A DNA stretch of 64,000 nucleotides from Methanothrix sp. (GCA_963682135.1 OY821645.1:448001-512000), one strand, 5' to 3'. Positions 37,428-48,333 are shown, counted from the first letter of the stretch. Notes: a model not told the origin generated them from the letters alone. A program made the numbers and translations.

Positions 37428-38278
37428 ATCCTAAAGATCTGGCAACCACAGCCCAGGTCACCTGGTGCCCCGGCTGCGGCAATTTCTCCATCATGAGCGC
37501 CATGAGGATGGTGCTGGCCGAGCTGGACAGCGAAGGCTATCCCCTAGAAAATACAGTACTGGTCTCGGGTATCGGTTGCCATGCCAAGATTGTGGACTAC
37601 ATGAATGTGAACAGCTTTTATTCCATTCACGGTCGAACTATACCTGTAGCTTCAGCCATAAAGATAGCCAACCCCGATTTAAATGTGATCTGCTTTTCCG
37701 GCGATGGTGACAGCCTGGCGGAAGGGCTTGATCATCTCATCTTCGCGGCCAAGCGAAATATCGACATCACACTGATATTGCATGACAACCGCGTCTACGG
37801 CCTGACCACAGGCCAGTTTACCCCCACATCTCCTCAGGGATTCAAGGGCAAGTCCACGCCTGCCGGGGCAGTCGAGCATCCCATAAACCCGCTCGATCTG
37901 ATGCTGGTCAGCGGAGCGTCTTACATTGCCCGAGGCTACACGCATGGCATCGAGCAGCTGCAGACGCTCTTTAAGGAAGCTATACTGCACAAGGGTTTCT
38001 CCTTTGTGGATGTTCTCCAGGTCTGCGTCTCTTATAATAATCTATACGAGAACTACAACAAATGGACCTACACTGCGCAGGAGGGCGATGCCTCAAGTTT
38101 CGAGGAGGCGCAAAAGATCATTCGCTCCTGGAACTATGACCGCTCAGATGTACCTATACCTCTGGGCAAGTTCTACCAGACTGATGCAGAGCGTTTTGAT
38201 CAGTCATTTGGGCAATACCGGCTCAACCTATCTGAGAGAGATAGCAGAATAGAGAATCTGCTGGAAGAGTTAATCTAG
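37424..38278 (+). CDS. korB: 2-oxoacid:ferredoxin oxidoreductase beta subunit
   Basis: WCPGCG, SGIGC, GDGD, YGLTTGQ. Confidence 0.92.
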   Translation: MNPKDLATTAQVTWCPGCGNFSIMSAMRMVLAELDSEGYPLENTVLVSGIGCHAKIVDYMNVNSFYSIHGRTIPVASAIKIANPDLNVICFSGDGDSLAEGLDHLIFAAKRNIDITLILHDNRVYGLTTGQFTPTSPQGFKGKSTPAGAVEHPINPLDLMLVSGASYIARGYTHGIEQLQTLFKEAILHKGFSFVDVLQVCVSYNNLYENYNKWTYTAQEGDASSFEEAQKIIRSWNYDRSDVPIPLGKFYQTDAERFDQSFGQYRLNLSERDSRIENLLEELI

Positions 38279-38293
38279 AAGGTGCATAAAAAA

Positions 38294-38455
38294 ATGGAAA
38301 AGTATATTTGTCAGGTTTGCGGGTACATCTATGATCCAGAGAAAGGGGATTCTACCTCTGGTATCCCTGCTGGAACGGCATTCGAGGATCTTCCCGATGA
38401 TTGGATCTGTCCTGAATGCGGCGTGGGAAAAGAACAATTTAAAAAGGCAAAATAG
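38294..38455 (+). CDS. Rubredoxin (53 aa, missing from the ORF track)
   Basis: [19 protein letters not shown]...[20 protein letters not shown], translated from the sequence. Confidence 0.95.
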   Translation: MEKYICQVCGYIYDPEKGDSTSGIPAGTAFEDLPDDWICPECGVGKEQFKKAK

Positions 38456-38500
38456 AAAATGCCTTAATGCCGGCGAATTTTAGATTAGAGGTGCAATGCC

Positions 38501-39031
38501 ATGCTCAGCGAAAAGATGAATGACGCCTTGAATGTTCAGGCTAATAGGGAGTTGTACTCCTCCTATCTCTATCTCTCCATGTCCTATTATTTTGAATCAA
38601 TAGAAATGCGGGGTTTTGCCCATTGGATGAGATTACAGGCTGGTGAGGAGCTGGTCCATACCATGGAGATGCTCGACTATGTGGTCGGAAGTGGCGGCAG
38701 AGCAAGGATGCTGGCTGTGGAGGCTCCCAAGTTCACCTGGGACTCACCCCTGCAGGCTTTCCAGCATGTCTGGGATCATGAACGGATGGTGACCGGGCTC
38801 ATCAAGACACTGGTCAAGGTGGCAGAGGAGGAGTTGGATGGGGCTACAGAAGAGTTCCTGCAATGGTATATCAAAGAGCAGGTGGAAGAAGAAGAGTCCT
38901 CGGACAACGTGCTGAGTAAAGTCAAAGCGGCAGGAGCTGACAAGAGCGCTCTGGAGGCGGCGGATAAGCTTCTGGGACAGAGAAGCTTCAAGTTCCCCAG
39001 GGGATTTGAGATATTTCCTCAGGTGGATTGA
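38501..39031 (+). CDS. ftn: Non-heme ferritin
   Basis: ELYSSYLYLSM, EELVH, HE, FLQWYIKEQVEEE. Confidence 0.93.
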   Translation: MLSEKMNDALNVQANRELYSSYLYLSMSYYFESIEMRGFAHWMRLQAGEELVHTMEMLDYVVGSGGRARMLAVEAPKFTWDSPLQAFQHVWDHERMVTGLIKTLVKVAEEELDGATEEFLQWYIKEQVEEEESSDNVLSKVKAAGADKSALEAADKLLGQRSFKFPRGFEIFPQVD

Positions 39032-39687
39032 ATGCCATGAAGGTGACTGTGACCAAGAATGGTCCCTATATCGTGACCGGCAGAATTCCTCTTGCAGCTA
39101 TGGAAATCTGCAACGATGATGAGGGCTACTGCCGAACCTGGCGGGAAGTTGAGAGATACCCTTTGCAGGAAACCTATGCACTCTGCCGGTGCGGCCACTC
39201 CAAGAATAAACCCTTTTGCGATGCAACTCATGCAAAGATTCATTTTGATGGAACTGAGTCCGTAGATCATGATCCATTTGATAAAACTGCAAAAATCATC
39301 CGGGGTCCGGAACTGACATTGGCAGATAGTGAGCATCTTTGCGTCCATGCCAGATTCTGCATGCGAGCCGGCGGGATTTGGAATCTGGTGAAGCATCCAA
39401 AGAGCCAGGAATCCAGAGACATTGCCATAGAAGAAGCGTGCAACTGCCCCTCTGGTCGGCTGGTGGTCACGGATAATGAAAGCGGTAAGACGATAGAGCC
39501 CGAATTGGAAAAGTCCATTGTCGTCATCGAATATCCGCCAAAAGGTGAGCACGGGCCGCTCTGGCTGCGAGGCAAAATTCCAGTCCAATCAGCAGAAGGC
39601 AAGCTCTACGAGATCCGAAACCGTGTCACCCTCTGCAGATGTGGAAAGTCGCAAAATAAGCCGTTTTGTGACGGCAGTCATATCTGA
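39028..39687 (+). CDS. CDGSH iron-sulfur protein (two CDGSH domains around a divergent ferredoxin domain)
   Basis: LCRCGHSKNKPFCDATH, CVHARFC...CPSG, LCRCGKSQNKPFCDGSH. Confidence 0.9.
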   Translation: MNAMKVTVTKNGPYIVTGRIPLAAMEICNDDEGYCRTWREVERYPLQETYALCRCGHSKNKPFCDATHAKIHFDGTESVDHDPFDKTAKIIRGPELTLADSEHLCVHARFCMRAGGIWNLVKHPKSQESRDIAIEEACNCPSGRLVVTDNESGKTIEPELEKSIVVIEYPPKGEHGPLWLRGKIPVQSAEGKLYEIRNRVTLCRCGKSQNKPFCDGSHI

Positions 39688-39719
39688 TCGAAAAGGCTTA
39701 TTATGTAATAGTAATAATA

Positions 39720-40280
39720 TTGCTTACGATGCTTAGCATAACAGATCTAAATGAGCGGCAACTTTACCTGGAGAGTGACCGCTGGCAATGCAATTTCGGT
39801 CATGGTGAGCCGGTGAGACTGGGTCTGGTCCTGGAGGCTGTGGACCTGGCTCCAGGCGATGAGGGGGGCTTCTCTTACGTCATAGAAGCCGGACTTATTC
39901 CCCAATTCGATTTTCTGGATGAGGAAATTTTGCAGGAGGCGAAATCCGACGGCCTGGAGACGCGAGAGGATCTTTTGCGCTATGTCTTCGAATGCTATGG
40001 TTGTGTGCCCGTCAACATCGATGCTGTGCAACCTCCCAAATCCTCCTGCGGTATGTCCAGTTTCGTTGCCAAGAGTAGCATAAGCACTATAATTGCCGGA
40101 ACGGGTGAGGAGATGGAGACCCGCCACTTCCAGGATCTGGGGGAGGCTATGTCATTTGCTCGCGACTTTTATGCCGTTTATGCTCCCGTCATCTTCGGTT
40201 TCATAGATGTGGTTCTCGATCACCCCCTCAGAGCGGGAGGAACAGGCTGGGACAAAATAAGGGAGATGGCCAAGAAGTAG
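39720..40280 (+). CDS. Hypothetical protein
   Basis: Acidic 186-aa ORF; no family recognised. Confidence 0.6.
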   Translation: MLTMLSITDLNERQLYLESDRWQCNFGHGEPVRLGLVLEAVDLAPGDEGGFSYVIEAGLIPQFDFLDEEILQEAKSDGLETREDLLRYVFECYGCVPVNIDAVQPPKSSCGMSSFVAKSSISTIIAGTGEEMETRHFQDLGEAMSFARDFYAVYAPVIFGFIDVVLDHPLRAGGTGWDKIREMAKK

Positions 40281-40412
40281 TTCGGCTGGCGAGCAGCATA
40301 ATTTGTACCACAACTTTATATAAGTTAAATGTCGAACAGTATACAGTCAGAAGTCGATAATTCATACAAAGGACTGGCTATTACCGAGAGCTTCTGACTG
40401 AGAGGAATTGAT

Positions 40413-40775
40413 ATGCCATACTACCATATGATGGACTGGTTCCCATTCATGGGATTTGGGACAGTCTTTTCCTGGTTTATCTCGTTAGCTGTAGCTTATC
40501 TGGTCTACAAAGATGCTGAGAAGAGAAACATGAATGGGCTTCTTTGGGGATTGCCGATCTTGATACCCTGGATAGGCATACTGTTTCTGATACTGTTTCT
40601 GATTTTGCGCGATTCCGGACATCGCGTAGCTAGAGAGATAAGCGCACCGACAAGAACTAAGGCCGAGGAGGTTCTGGACGAGAGATATGCAAGAGGAGAG
40701 CTGACCCGAGAGATCTACGTGCAGATGAAGGAAGACCTTAAAAAACCGACTAATGGTTCAGCAGTTCAGACATAG
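40413..40775 (+). CDS. Membrane protein with SHOCT domain
   Basis: 2 TM helices; LDERYARGELTRE.Y..MK. Confidence 0.8.
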   Translation: MPYYHMMDWFPFMGFGTVFSWFISLAVAYLVYKDAEKRNMNGLLWGLPILIPWIGILFLILFLILRDSGHRVAREISAPTRTKAEEVLDERYARGELTREIYVQMKEDLKKPTNGSAVQT

Positions 40776-41186
40776 AGAGCCTGTAGCATCCGCTGTCGTT
40801 TGCAGGCCTATACCACCCATATTGCGCTCGATAGCCGCACCAAGCTCATCCATTTTTACAGGTTTATTTAGATAATCATCAGCTCCCGCATCATAACAAA
40901 GATCGCGGCACAGCTCTGCCTCAAATGAGGTGACGACTATTATCTTGGGGCCTTGCGACCACCGCTTGCGAATGATTTTTGTAGCTTCAATCCCATCCAT
41001 TTCCGGCATCTGGATATCCATGAGAACCAGATCATAATGATGCTCCTCCAGAGCCATCAAGACCTCCTGGCCATTCACAGCCGTATCGGCCTTGAGGCCA
41101 AGCTTCTTGAGTGCAATCAGAGCTACCTTCCTATTTACCGGGTTGTCCTCGGCAAGAAGAATATTCAAATTAGGTCTGGCCAGCAT
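40758..41186 (-). CDS. Stand-alone response regulator receiver
   Basis: LAEDN, LMDIQMPEMDG, YLNKP. Confidence 0.92.
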   Translation of the reverse strand: MLARPNLNILLAEDNPVNRKVALIALKKLGLKADTAVNGQEVLMALEEHHYDLVLMDIQMPEMDGIEATKIIRKRWSQGPKIIVVTSFEAELCRDLCYDAGADDYLNKPVKMDELGAAIERNMGGIGLQTTADATGSLCLNC

Positions 41187-41589
41187 AGTCCTCGATCATT
41201 GGTATAGCGCTTTTAGTATAAGAATTTTTCTTTAGTAATTAATTTTACCGCAGAGTTCTCAGATTGTTTAGATGAGTTCTGTATGTCTATTTGTAAAGAT
41301 TTATAATTCAATACTATGATTGAATTAATCATAACTTAAAATTAATTCAAATAAAAATAACATAAATGGGCAAACATTCAATTGATGTTATTTTTTCTAT
41401 GATTGCAGAGTGATTTGGGCTATTCGTTTCGGTTTTCGTAGGGCCTTAATTTTGTACACCTGTGCCTATATATTTGTCATTATTTTCCCTAATTCTCAAA
41501 AGGAGTTGGGAATAAAGAGCATGATCAATTTTGTTGCTGGTTGTACAGAAGCTAAGGTGCTATCATTGACAGCATCTGTGGGCTAAGAG

Positions 41590-42159
41590 ATGATGACAAT
41601 TGGAAAATCTAATCGCGATGCAAAACTCAGGAGGGCGGCATGCAAACTTTTTTTGGTAAAGAGAACCAAGATAGCAGCCATGGCAGATCAAACCATGTCC
41701 CAGGCAAAAATGGCAAAAGATAGATTCTTCTTGACACCCACATTCCAAGCCCTGACCATTGGAGTCCCCTTCTGCATCTTCAAGCTGCTCTTCGGTCTGC
41801 TTGCCTTGCGAACTGGTGAGCCGTCTACCTTCCTTTTGGCTTTGGGATGGATTGTGATTGCCTGGTCCGTAGCGGATTTGCTCATGAATCTGGCTCGAGT
41901 CTTTTTAGATCTGGCCGGGAGGGAGTCTTCCATCGAATATTGCACCATCGCCCAGGCGGGAAGGCTCTTTAATCGGGCCAGGCTCTTCTTGGCCATCGAC
42001 ACTCTGATTACTTTCTCTATAATTTGTTTCGTTCTTTGGTCCGGCTGGATAGTGCAACTTCGCCTGCATGAATCCTATCTCTGGTATGCAGCTACCACAT
42101 TAAACCTGATCAGCATCTCAGCGGTAAATGTGTGGATTGAACTATCCCGAGAAAGGTGA
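41590..42159 (+). CDS. Hypothetical membrane protein (start probably downstream, about 41680)
   Basis: Four hydrophobic segments. Confidence 0.65.
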   Translation: MMTIGKSNRDAKLRRAACKLFLVKRTKIAAMADQTMSQAKMAKDRFFLTPTFQALTIGVPFCIFKLLFGLLALRTGEPSTFLLALGWIVIAWSVADLLMNLARVFLDLAGRESSIEYCTIAQAGRLFNRARLFLAIDTLITFSIICFVLWSGWIVQLRLHESYLWYAATTLNLISISAVNVWIELSRER

Positions 42160-42224
42160 ATCTTTTTTTTCTGCAATGAGAAAATGATATATTTTCGAAC
42201 TGTATATATAGACTATTATGGAAG

Positions 42225-42833
42225 ATGGTTACAATGAATAAAGACCTCGAAACCCTCCTCTCCGAATTAAAGGTTGTTCATGAAGATCTGCGACTCATAC
42301 CTACGGAGATGATAGTAGTGGCTGATTGGGTGCGGCTAAAGTGCAGATATGGCTGCGACAATTATGGGAATCATCTGGGTTGTCCTCCTTTTACTCCTAC
42401 CCCGTCTGAGACCAGAGCGGTTCTCTCTGCATACAGAAATGCGGTCCTCGTCCGCTTTGAGGCCAAGCCGGATCCCAAGATCTCGTCCAAACACGCCAGT
42501 CGTGCTCTCTCTAATTCAGTGGTCAAGATGCAAAAGACGGTGGCGGAGCTGGAGAGAGCTGCCTTTTTGGCCGGCTACTATAAGGCATTCGGCATGAATG
42601 CCATGCCTTGTACTCTTTGCGATACATGCGTCATCGGAGAGATGCAGAAGAAGGATCAAGCGGTCTTCGATCTGGATAGTGTGAAATGCAAGAATAAGGA
42701 GATCATGCGCCCATCCATGGAGGCCTGCGGCATCGATGTCTTTAAAACCCTGCAAAACGCCGGTTTCAAGCCGCGAGTTCTCAAGGACTGCAAGGAGATG
42801 GTGGAACTCTTTGGCCTGATACTGCTTGACTGA
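42225..42833 (+). CDS. DUF2284 predicted metal-binding protein
   Basis: KCRYGC...CPP, CTLC..C, RPSMEACGIDV. Confidence 0.85.
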   Translation: MVTMNKDLETLLSELKVVHEDLRLIPTEMIVVADWVRLKCRYGCDNYGNHLGCPPFTPTPSETRAVLSAYRNAVLVRFEAKPDPKISSKHASRALSNSVVKMQKTVAELERAAFLAGYYKAFGMNAMPCTLCDTCVIGEMQKKDQAVFDLDSVKCKNKEIMRPSMEACGIDVFKTLQNAGFKPRVLKDCKEMVELFGLILLD

Positions 42834-42923
42834 AAATGTATATCCTTTTTTTCGGGAGCTATTTTTTTTTGGTTATCATTATGGCTAATAAGCTAATATA
42901 CCATCATATCCTTCCTAAGCCGG

Positions 42924-43181
42924 ATGCAATGGGAATTGATTGGGTCGTTAGCAGCCGTTTTGACAATGTTCGGCTTTGTGCCTCAGATCCTCAAGATGTA
43001 CAAAACGCAGTCCGTAGCAGATGTAAGCCTGTTCATGCTCCTGCAATTCTGCCTGGGAATGTTCCTCTGGCTGCTCTATGGCTTGCACATCCAGGATAAT
43101 ATTCTTATCGTCGCCAATATAGTATCATTTTCCAGCTTGGTAGTGGCCATCGGAATATTTTTTAAATACAGAAAAAGATAA
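42924..43181 (+). CDS. SemiSWEET/PQ-loop transporter
   Basis: FVPQILK...DVS...LWLLYG...ANIV, 3 TM. Confidence 0.85.
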   Translation: MQWELIGSLAAVLTMFGFVPQILKMYKTQSVADVSLFMLLQFCLGMFLWLLYGLHIQDNILIVANIVSFSSLVVAIGIFFKYRKR

Positions 43182-43469
43182 TCAGCCCTTTTCCAGTTTT
43201 TCTTTGACCCGATTTGCCAGCCGTTCTAATGAGGCTTTGGTGTACTGACGATTTTCACAGGGGGAGAAATCCTTAGGGCTGCAGCCTGCCAGGAGTTCCA
43301 TGACCCTATCCGCCAAATCATTTACCTGCAAGTCCTCCAGCTTTTGAAGAAAAAGTGAGACCTGGGAATTGAATTCCCTGCATTTTCCCGGATGGGAGAT
43401 TTCACTTTCATGCAGCTCATAAAGTCGATTCAGCTCCTTTTGGATCTTCAGCCAATCATCTCTGTCCAT
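43182..43469 (-). CDS. Hypothetical protein
   Basis: 95-aa helical ORF with CSPK..PC. Confidence 0.6.
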   Translation of the reverse strand: MDRDDWLKIQKELNRLYELHESEISHPGKCREFNSQVSLFLQKLEDLQVNDLADRVMELLAGCSPKDFSPCENRQYTKASLERLANRVKEKLEKG

Positions 43470-43535
43470 TGCCGTTAAGGCTGCTTCTTCCGGGTTTATA
43501 AAGAGATGCTATAATCATCTGTCAAAGGAGGGAAG

Positions 43536-44327
43536 ATGATTAATATTTGGCATTTAAAGAATGATTCATTGATTGATACGGCTAAGCTATTGAGGCATAA
43601 AGCACATTTGTGCCGGACAGCAGAGGGGGCAGAGCACTCTAGCTATAAAATTAAATTCCTGCAAGCAGGCTCATTGCCGGAATTGCTCCGGCTGCAAGGC
43701 ATCATCGCCGCCAATCTTCCCTGCCCGGAGGTCTTCATGCTGCATGATGATCTCTATCTCCAGGAGATTCTGCGTCATGAGCGCTCGGTTATCGCTGTGA
43801 CAACTGACGAAGGTTTGATTGCCTTCAGCATGATTCGCATTCCCGGCCTCTCTCATGACAACCTGGGCAGGGACATAAATTTGTCGGAAGAGGATCTCTG
43901 CAATGTCGCTCATCTCCAGGCGGCGGCGGTCCATCCTGCCTATCGCGGCAATGGTCTGCAGCGAAAGCTCACTTTTGCACACCTGAGTGTGATTGAAGAA
44001 ATGGGATATGAGCATGTCTGTTGCACAGTATCTCCTAAAAATCCCGCAAGCCTTCGCAATTATCTCTCCTGCGGGCTGGTTATTGAGGGGCTGCGCCCGA
44101 AAATGCAGGGCTGGTGGAGATTCATTTTGCACAAAAAGATACCGCGGGCAAATTGCAGAGATCTGGATGGGGCAGTAGATCTCAATGAGTCCGATATTAA
44201 AAAAGAGGAATGCATGATAAGAATCTCTGAAATAGAAGGTCAGTTGGATCTCTTGAGGAGAGGCTTCAAAGGCTATAAGATTTCATCTCTTCCCGATGGC
44301 GTGAATGTATTTTATGCAAAGTCCTGA
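43536..44327 (+). CDS. GNAT family acetyltransferase
   Basis: VHPAYRGNGLQ motif A; TVSPKNPAS. Confidence 0.8.
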   Translation: MINIWHLKNDSLIDTAKLLRHKAHLCRTAEGAEHSSYKIKFLQAGSLPELLRLQGIIAANLPCPEVFMLHDDLYLQEILRHERSVIAVTTDEGLIAFSMIRIPGLSHDNLGRDINLSEEDLCNVAHLQAAAVHPAYRGNGLQRKLTFAHLSVIEEMGYEHVCCTVSPKNPASLRNYLSCGLVIEGLRPKMQGWWRFILHKKIPRANCRDLDGAVDLNESDIKKEECMIRISEIEGQLDLLRRGFKGYKISSLPDGVNVFYAKS

Positions 44328-44338
44328 TCAATCTGATT

Positions 44339-45391
44339 CTATCGGGCTGCCATAGCCACCAGATCTACCAGATCGATTACCTTCTCCCTGCCGCCCGCAT
44401 CTCTCAGATTTCTGATGCAAAGTGGGCAGGAGGTGACGATGTAGTCGATATCCTGCGGAACATCTTTAAGCCTCTTCTTGGCCATTTGCAGGGATAGATC
44501 TCTGTAACCGGCCCGAACTCCGCCCCCGCCTCCGCAGCATCTGGCGTCTTTTCGGTTTGTTTTCATCTCTTTGAGGAGACAAATAGCTTCGATAACCTGG
44601 CGTGGCTGCTCATAGATCTGATTATGTCGGCCCAGATGGCAGGGATCATGGTAGGTTACGGTTAGATCAAGCGGCTTCAGATCTATTTCTGATATTCTCT
44701 CTGCCAAAAACTCCGGGACGCTCTGTACCTGAAAGTCCTGGGGGTAGCTCTTCTTGAGGGTTGTATAACAACCAGCACAGCCCGTAATAACTGTTTTTGC
44801 CCCTGTCTTTACGATCTGTCTGCAGTTCTCATCCACAAATCTCCGGGCATCAAATCCAGTTCGAAGCAGAGGCGAGCCGCAGCACTGCTCAGCGGGGAGC
44901 ATGGTTGCCCCGAAGCGATGCAAAAGTGCAAAAGTGTTGGCTGCAGTTTCTGTATAACGATAGGAATTCATGCATCCCACAAAATAGACATAGTCAGCCT
45001 TTTTTGTGAGAAGGCTTCTGTCTTTCAGCCAGGAGAGCCGATCTCTGCCATCGCCAAAGGTGTTGCCGCTTGCAAAGATATTTCTGCTCAAATCTGCTTG
45101 CTGGGGTGTCATCTTTCCCAGGAGGGCAAGCTGTCTTCTGGCGTTCTCAATTATCTCCGGCGGATTCACGCCGGCCGGACAGTTCTCCGTGCATATTCCG
45201 CAAGTGGTGCAGCTATTCAGACTATCCAGAACCTGCGAGTCGGGCGAAAGGCCACTGGTGAGGCCCTTCATGATCATAATGCGTCCTCGGGTATTGGCTG
45301 ACTCCCAGCCGGATTCCTGGAAAGTGGGACAGAAGGTGCGGCAGCTTCCGCATCGCACGCATTGATTTATCGCCTTAAGATCTAGATTCAT
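44339..45391 (-). CDS. GlcF/HdrD-like Fe-S oxidoreductase (2x[4Fe-4S] plus CCG domains)
   Basis: CVRCGSC...CP, CTTCGIC...CP, CCG, YHDPCHL, CCGGGGG. Confidence 0.9.
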   Translation of the reverse strand: MNLDLKAINQCVRCGSCRTFCPTFQESGWESANTRGRIMIMKGLTSGLSPDSQVLDSLNSCTTCGICTENCPAGVNPPEIIENARRQLALLGKMTPQQADLSRNIFASGNTFGDGRDRLSWLKDRSLLTKKADYVYFVGCMNSYRYTETAANTFALLHRFGATMLPAEQCCGSPLLRTGFDARRFVDENCRQIVKTGAKTVITGCAGCYTTLKKSYPQDFQVQSVPEFLAERISEIDLKPLDLTVTYHDPCHLGRHNQIYEQPRQVIEAICLLKEMKTNRKDARCCGGGGGVRAGYRDLSLQMAKKRLKDVPQDIDYIVTSCPLCIRNLRDAGGREKVIDLVDLVAMAAR

Positions 45392-46780
45392 TCAAAGCCC
45401 CATCTTTCCCGGATTGAGAATTCCCTGGGGGTCCAGGGAGTTTTTGATGGATTGCATCACAGAAAATGCCTCAGTTCCCATTTGCTCGGGCAGATACTCT
45501 GCACGAGCAAGACCAATGCCGTGCTCGGAGCTGACTGTTCCGCCTAGCTCCATGGCCGCCCTATGAATTCTATCCGCAGCCAGTCGCAGCTTTTGCCATT
45601 GCTCTTCGCTCATGACATCAATGAATAGGGCCACGTGCAGGTTCCCGTCTCCAATGTGGCCGTATCTCATGGTCGGGATGTCTAACTTCGTGGTGATCTG
45701 CTGCACCTTTTTAATCAGGGCTGGAATCTCCTTAATAGGCACGCCCACATCCTCGCCCATATAAATTCTGGTCTTAGTGGGATCAAGCCGTGATATGGCA
45801 GCTCCAACCAGTCTTCTGGCCGCCCAGATGCTGTCCATCTCCCTACCTGCCGCGATCCTCACGCTCTTGGCCGTAATTTGGCATATCTCTGCGATTTGCC
45901 TGGCAGCCTCAGATGTTGAACTCTCTGTTCCGTCCACCTCGAATAAGATTATGTCTCCATCCTCGGGTATGGCAAGCAAAGGATCACAAAGCTTCAGGAC
46001 CTGCAGAGTTGTTCTGTCAAGTATCTCGCAGGCGGAGGGGGTTATGCCATTTGAAAATATCTCTATTACTGTCTGGCCGGCGACTTCCGCTTCGTCAAAG
46101 CATGCCAGGATCAGCTTTCTGGTACTGGGCAACGGGGCAATCTTCAGTCCGGCCTGGGTAATGATTCCCAGTGTTCCTTCTGATCCCACAAAGAGGCGGG
46201 TAAGATCATATCCTGCTGATGATTTGAGCACCTTTTTGCCGGTATGGATGACTCGGCCGTCTGCCAGCACTACCTCTAAATCAAGGACGTAATTTCTTAC
46301 CGTCCCATATTTGACGGAACGCATGCCGCTGCTGTTGTAGGAGATCATTCCGCCGATGGTGCACATGGCCAGGCTTCCTGGATCAGGCGGAAAGAAAAAA
46401 CCATAAGGCTTCAGAGCTGAATTAAGTCTTTCCGCTACTACACCCGGCTCAACTATGACCTGTTGGTTTTCAATATCTATCTCCAATATCCTGTTCATTC
46501 CTGACATGTCCAGGACAGCGCCGCCCTTTACTGGAGAGCAGCCGCCGGCAAGCCCGGTGCCTGCTCCGCGTGCCGTGACGGAAATGAGCTTTTTGCTGCA
46601 CAATCGGAGGATGCGAGAGACCTGGCTCGTGCTTTGCGGGCGCACGACAAAGTCGGGCATGCCAACGATTTGAGATGCATCGCCGGTATAGCAGCATCTT
46701 TCGCCAGGAGAGGCAGATACTCTATCTCCAACAATCTCCTTTAGCTCTTGCATAATCTCGATCATAGCGATTCCGGACAC
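45392..46780 (-). CDS. GlcD/D-lactate dehydrogenase-like FAD oxidoreductase
   Basis: RGAGTGLAGG, PPDPGS, GSEGTLG, GHIGDGNLH, EHGIG, ILNPGK. Confidence 0.92.
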   Translation of the reverse strand: MSGIAMIEIMQELKEIVGDRVSASPGERCCYTGDASQIVGMPDFVVRPQSTSQVSRILRLCSKKLISVTARGAGTGLAGGCSPVKGGAVLDMSGMNRILEIDIENQQVIVEPGVVAERLNSALKPYGFFFPPDPGSLAMCTIGGMISYNSSGMRSVKYGTVRNYVLDLEVVLADGRVIHTGKKVLKSSAGYDLTRLFVGSEGTLGIITQAGLKIAPLPSTRKLILACFDEAEVAGQTVIEIFSNGITPSACEILDRTTLQVLKLCDPLLAIPEDGDIILFEVDGTESSTSEAARQIAEICQITAKSVRIAAGREMDSIWAARRLVGAAISRLDPTKTRIYMGEDVGVPIKEIPALIKKVQQITTKLDIPTMRYGHIGDGNLHVALFIDVMSEEQWQKLRLAADRIHRAAMELGGTVSSEHGIGLARAEYLPEQMGTEAFSVMQSIKNSLDPQGILNPGKMGL

Positions 46781-46789
46781 TCACTTTTA

Positions 46790-48330
46790 TCTGAGAACTG
46801 CTTCTTTTCGATATAAAGATTAGCCATCCAAAAACGGAAGAGATTTTTTTCTTGAATTCTTTCCTCTGCATGAACTCTAACTTTTCCTCAAAAAGTTTAA
46901 ATCATTTAAGTTAAAAATATATTATAGTCAATATAATATTATCAAATTTTTAATTTTTTATTAAAAAATTTAAAATCCTTTGATTAATAATTAATATATA
47001 AATTATATTTTTAAAATTACTATTAATTTTATATTTGTAAGTCTTTAATGTTATATCAAACTATAATCAATTTAAAAGCACTATAAATTTATAATCTTAA
47101 TAAATTATAAGAATGTTAAAGCAAGAAAAATATTTGTGCATTGTATTGCTTATTATAATAATTATAAATAACTTTTGCGAATGTTAAACCACTCTAATTT
47201 TTAATATCTACAATTTTATAAATACAAATTCAGTATGAAAATGCTATATTTTTGCATGGCAATTATTGTTTATAAAATTAATCTAATTGATATCAACACA
47301 ATATGTTATTCCTATAGTTTATTAGAATAGAATTATCCAATAATGTCTTTTAATGGTTGAATCATATTTTCATCTCGCAAAGCATGAGGATGGGCGCTGA
47401 AGGGGGCATATTCATGTAGTGATTGGAATCATTGTCTTATCTAAATTGATGTTTTCAAGATGGCATGAAAACTCATATATATAGTGTATAAGAACAAGGT
47501 ATCCGCGATACATCAAGGAGATGCTTTATAAGAGATTTTCAGAATACCAAGGTGCGATTAACTTCAAATTGTTTATATTTTTTTAAAAAATCAATAAAAA
47601 ATAAATAATTTTTTTAAAAAAATTGATATTAATTATTTACAATCATTTTTGTACATTAATTTATTGCAATAGTTAAAATTACATTTATTCCTAATATTAG
47701 TTAAATCTTCAAATATAAATTCATTTATTATATATGTAATTTATAAGTATATTTATATTTTTAAAATTATTTTTTATATATGAGTATATCATATTTTTAT
47801 TATATACAATTTTATTCTAAATTATATTATTTTATTTGAATAATCCCATATTTTTCTTATTCTTAAATTATACTCGATTCAATAGAGAAAAGTGAGGATT
47901 AAACTGATATTGATCTCAGACGTATTTATCTCGAATTCACCTCGATTATCCTAAAGAAAATTCAATGTAGTGTAAATTAAGTGCTATTTAGGTTAGTATT
48001 ATATATCATATGATCTATGGGGTTTTCAAATCCTGAATCATAATATCTTCAATTACAGGAGCGAGCACTTGGCGATGAAACTTCTGGGAATAGCTTGCCG
48101 TGTGATTTTTTTTAAGAGCTGCATGCGTTGGGAATTTAACTGCGCATAGATCTATCGCTTAAGCCTATAGTGATAGGCCTTTGCAAAGTTTCTATTCCTA
48201 ATGATAATATATAAGAATCCTGTAATTTAATTCAAATAGTTCTGTAGGATGTGGATTGAATGAAACCAAGAGAGATGTGTATTAGGGCAATGGAAATCTG
48301 GGCACCACCTGGGGCGATTAGGAGGATAAG
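46790..48330. promoter_or_regulatory. 1.5-kb very AT-rich non-coding region upstream of the eCIS operon
   Basis: No convincing ORF; long A/T tracts; divergent glcD-like and eCIS starts. Confidence 0.5.
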
Positions 48331-48333
48331 CTG

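Noticed and set aside
46790-48330. Replication origin
   Set aside because: No ORB-like repeats with G-strings and no adjacent cdc6/orc1 seen.
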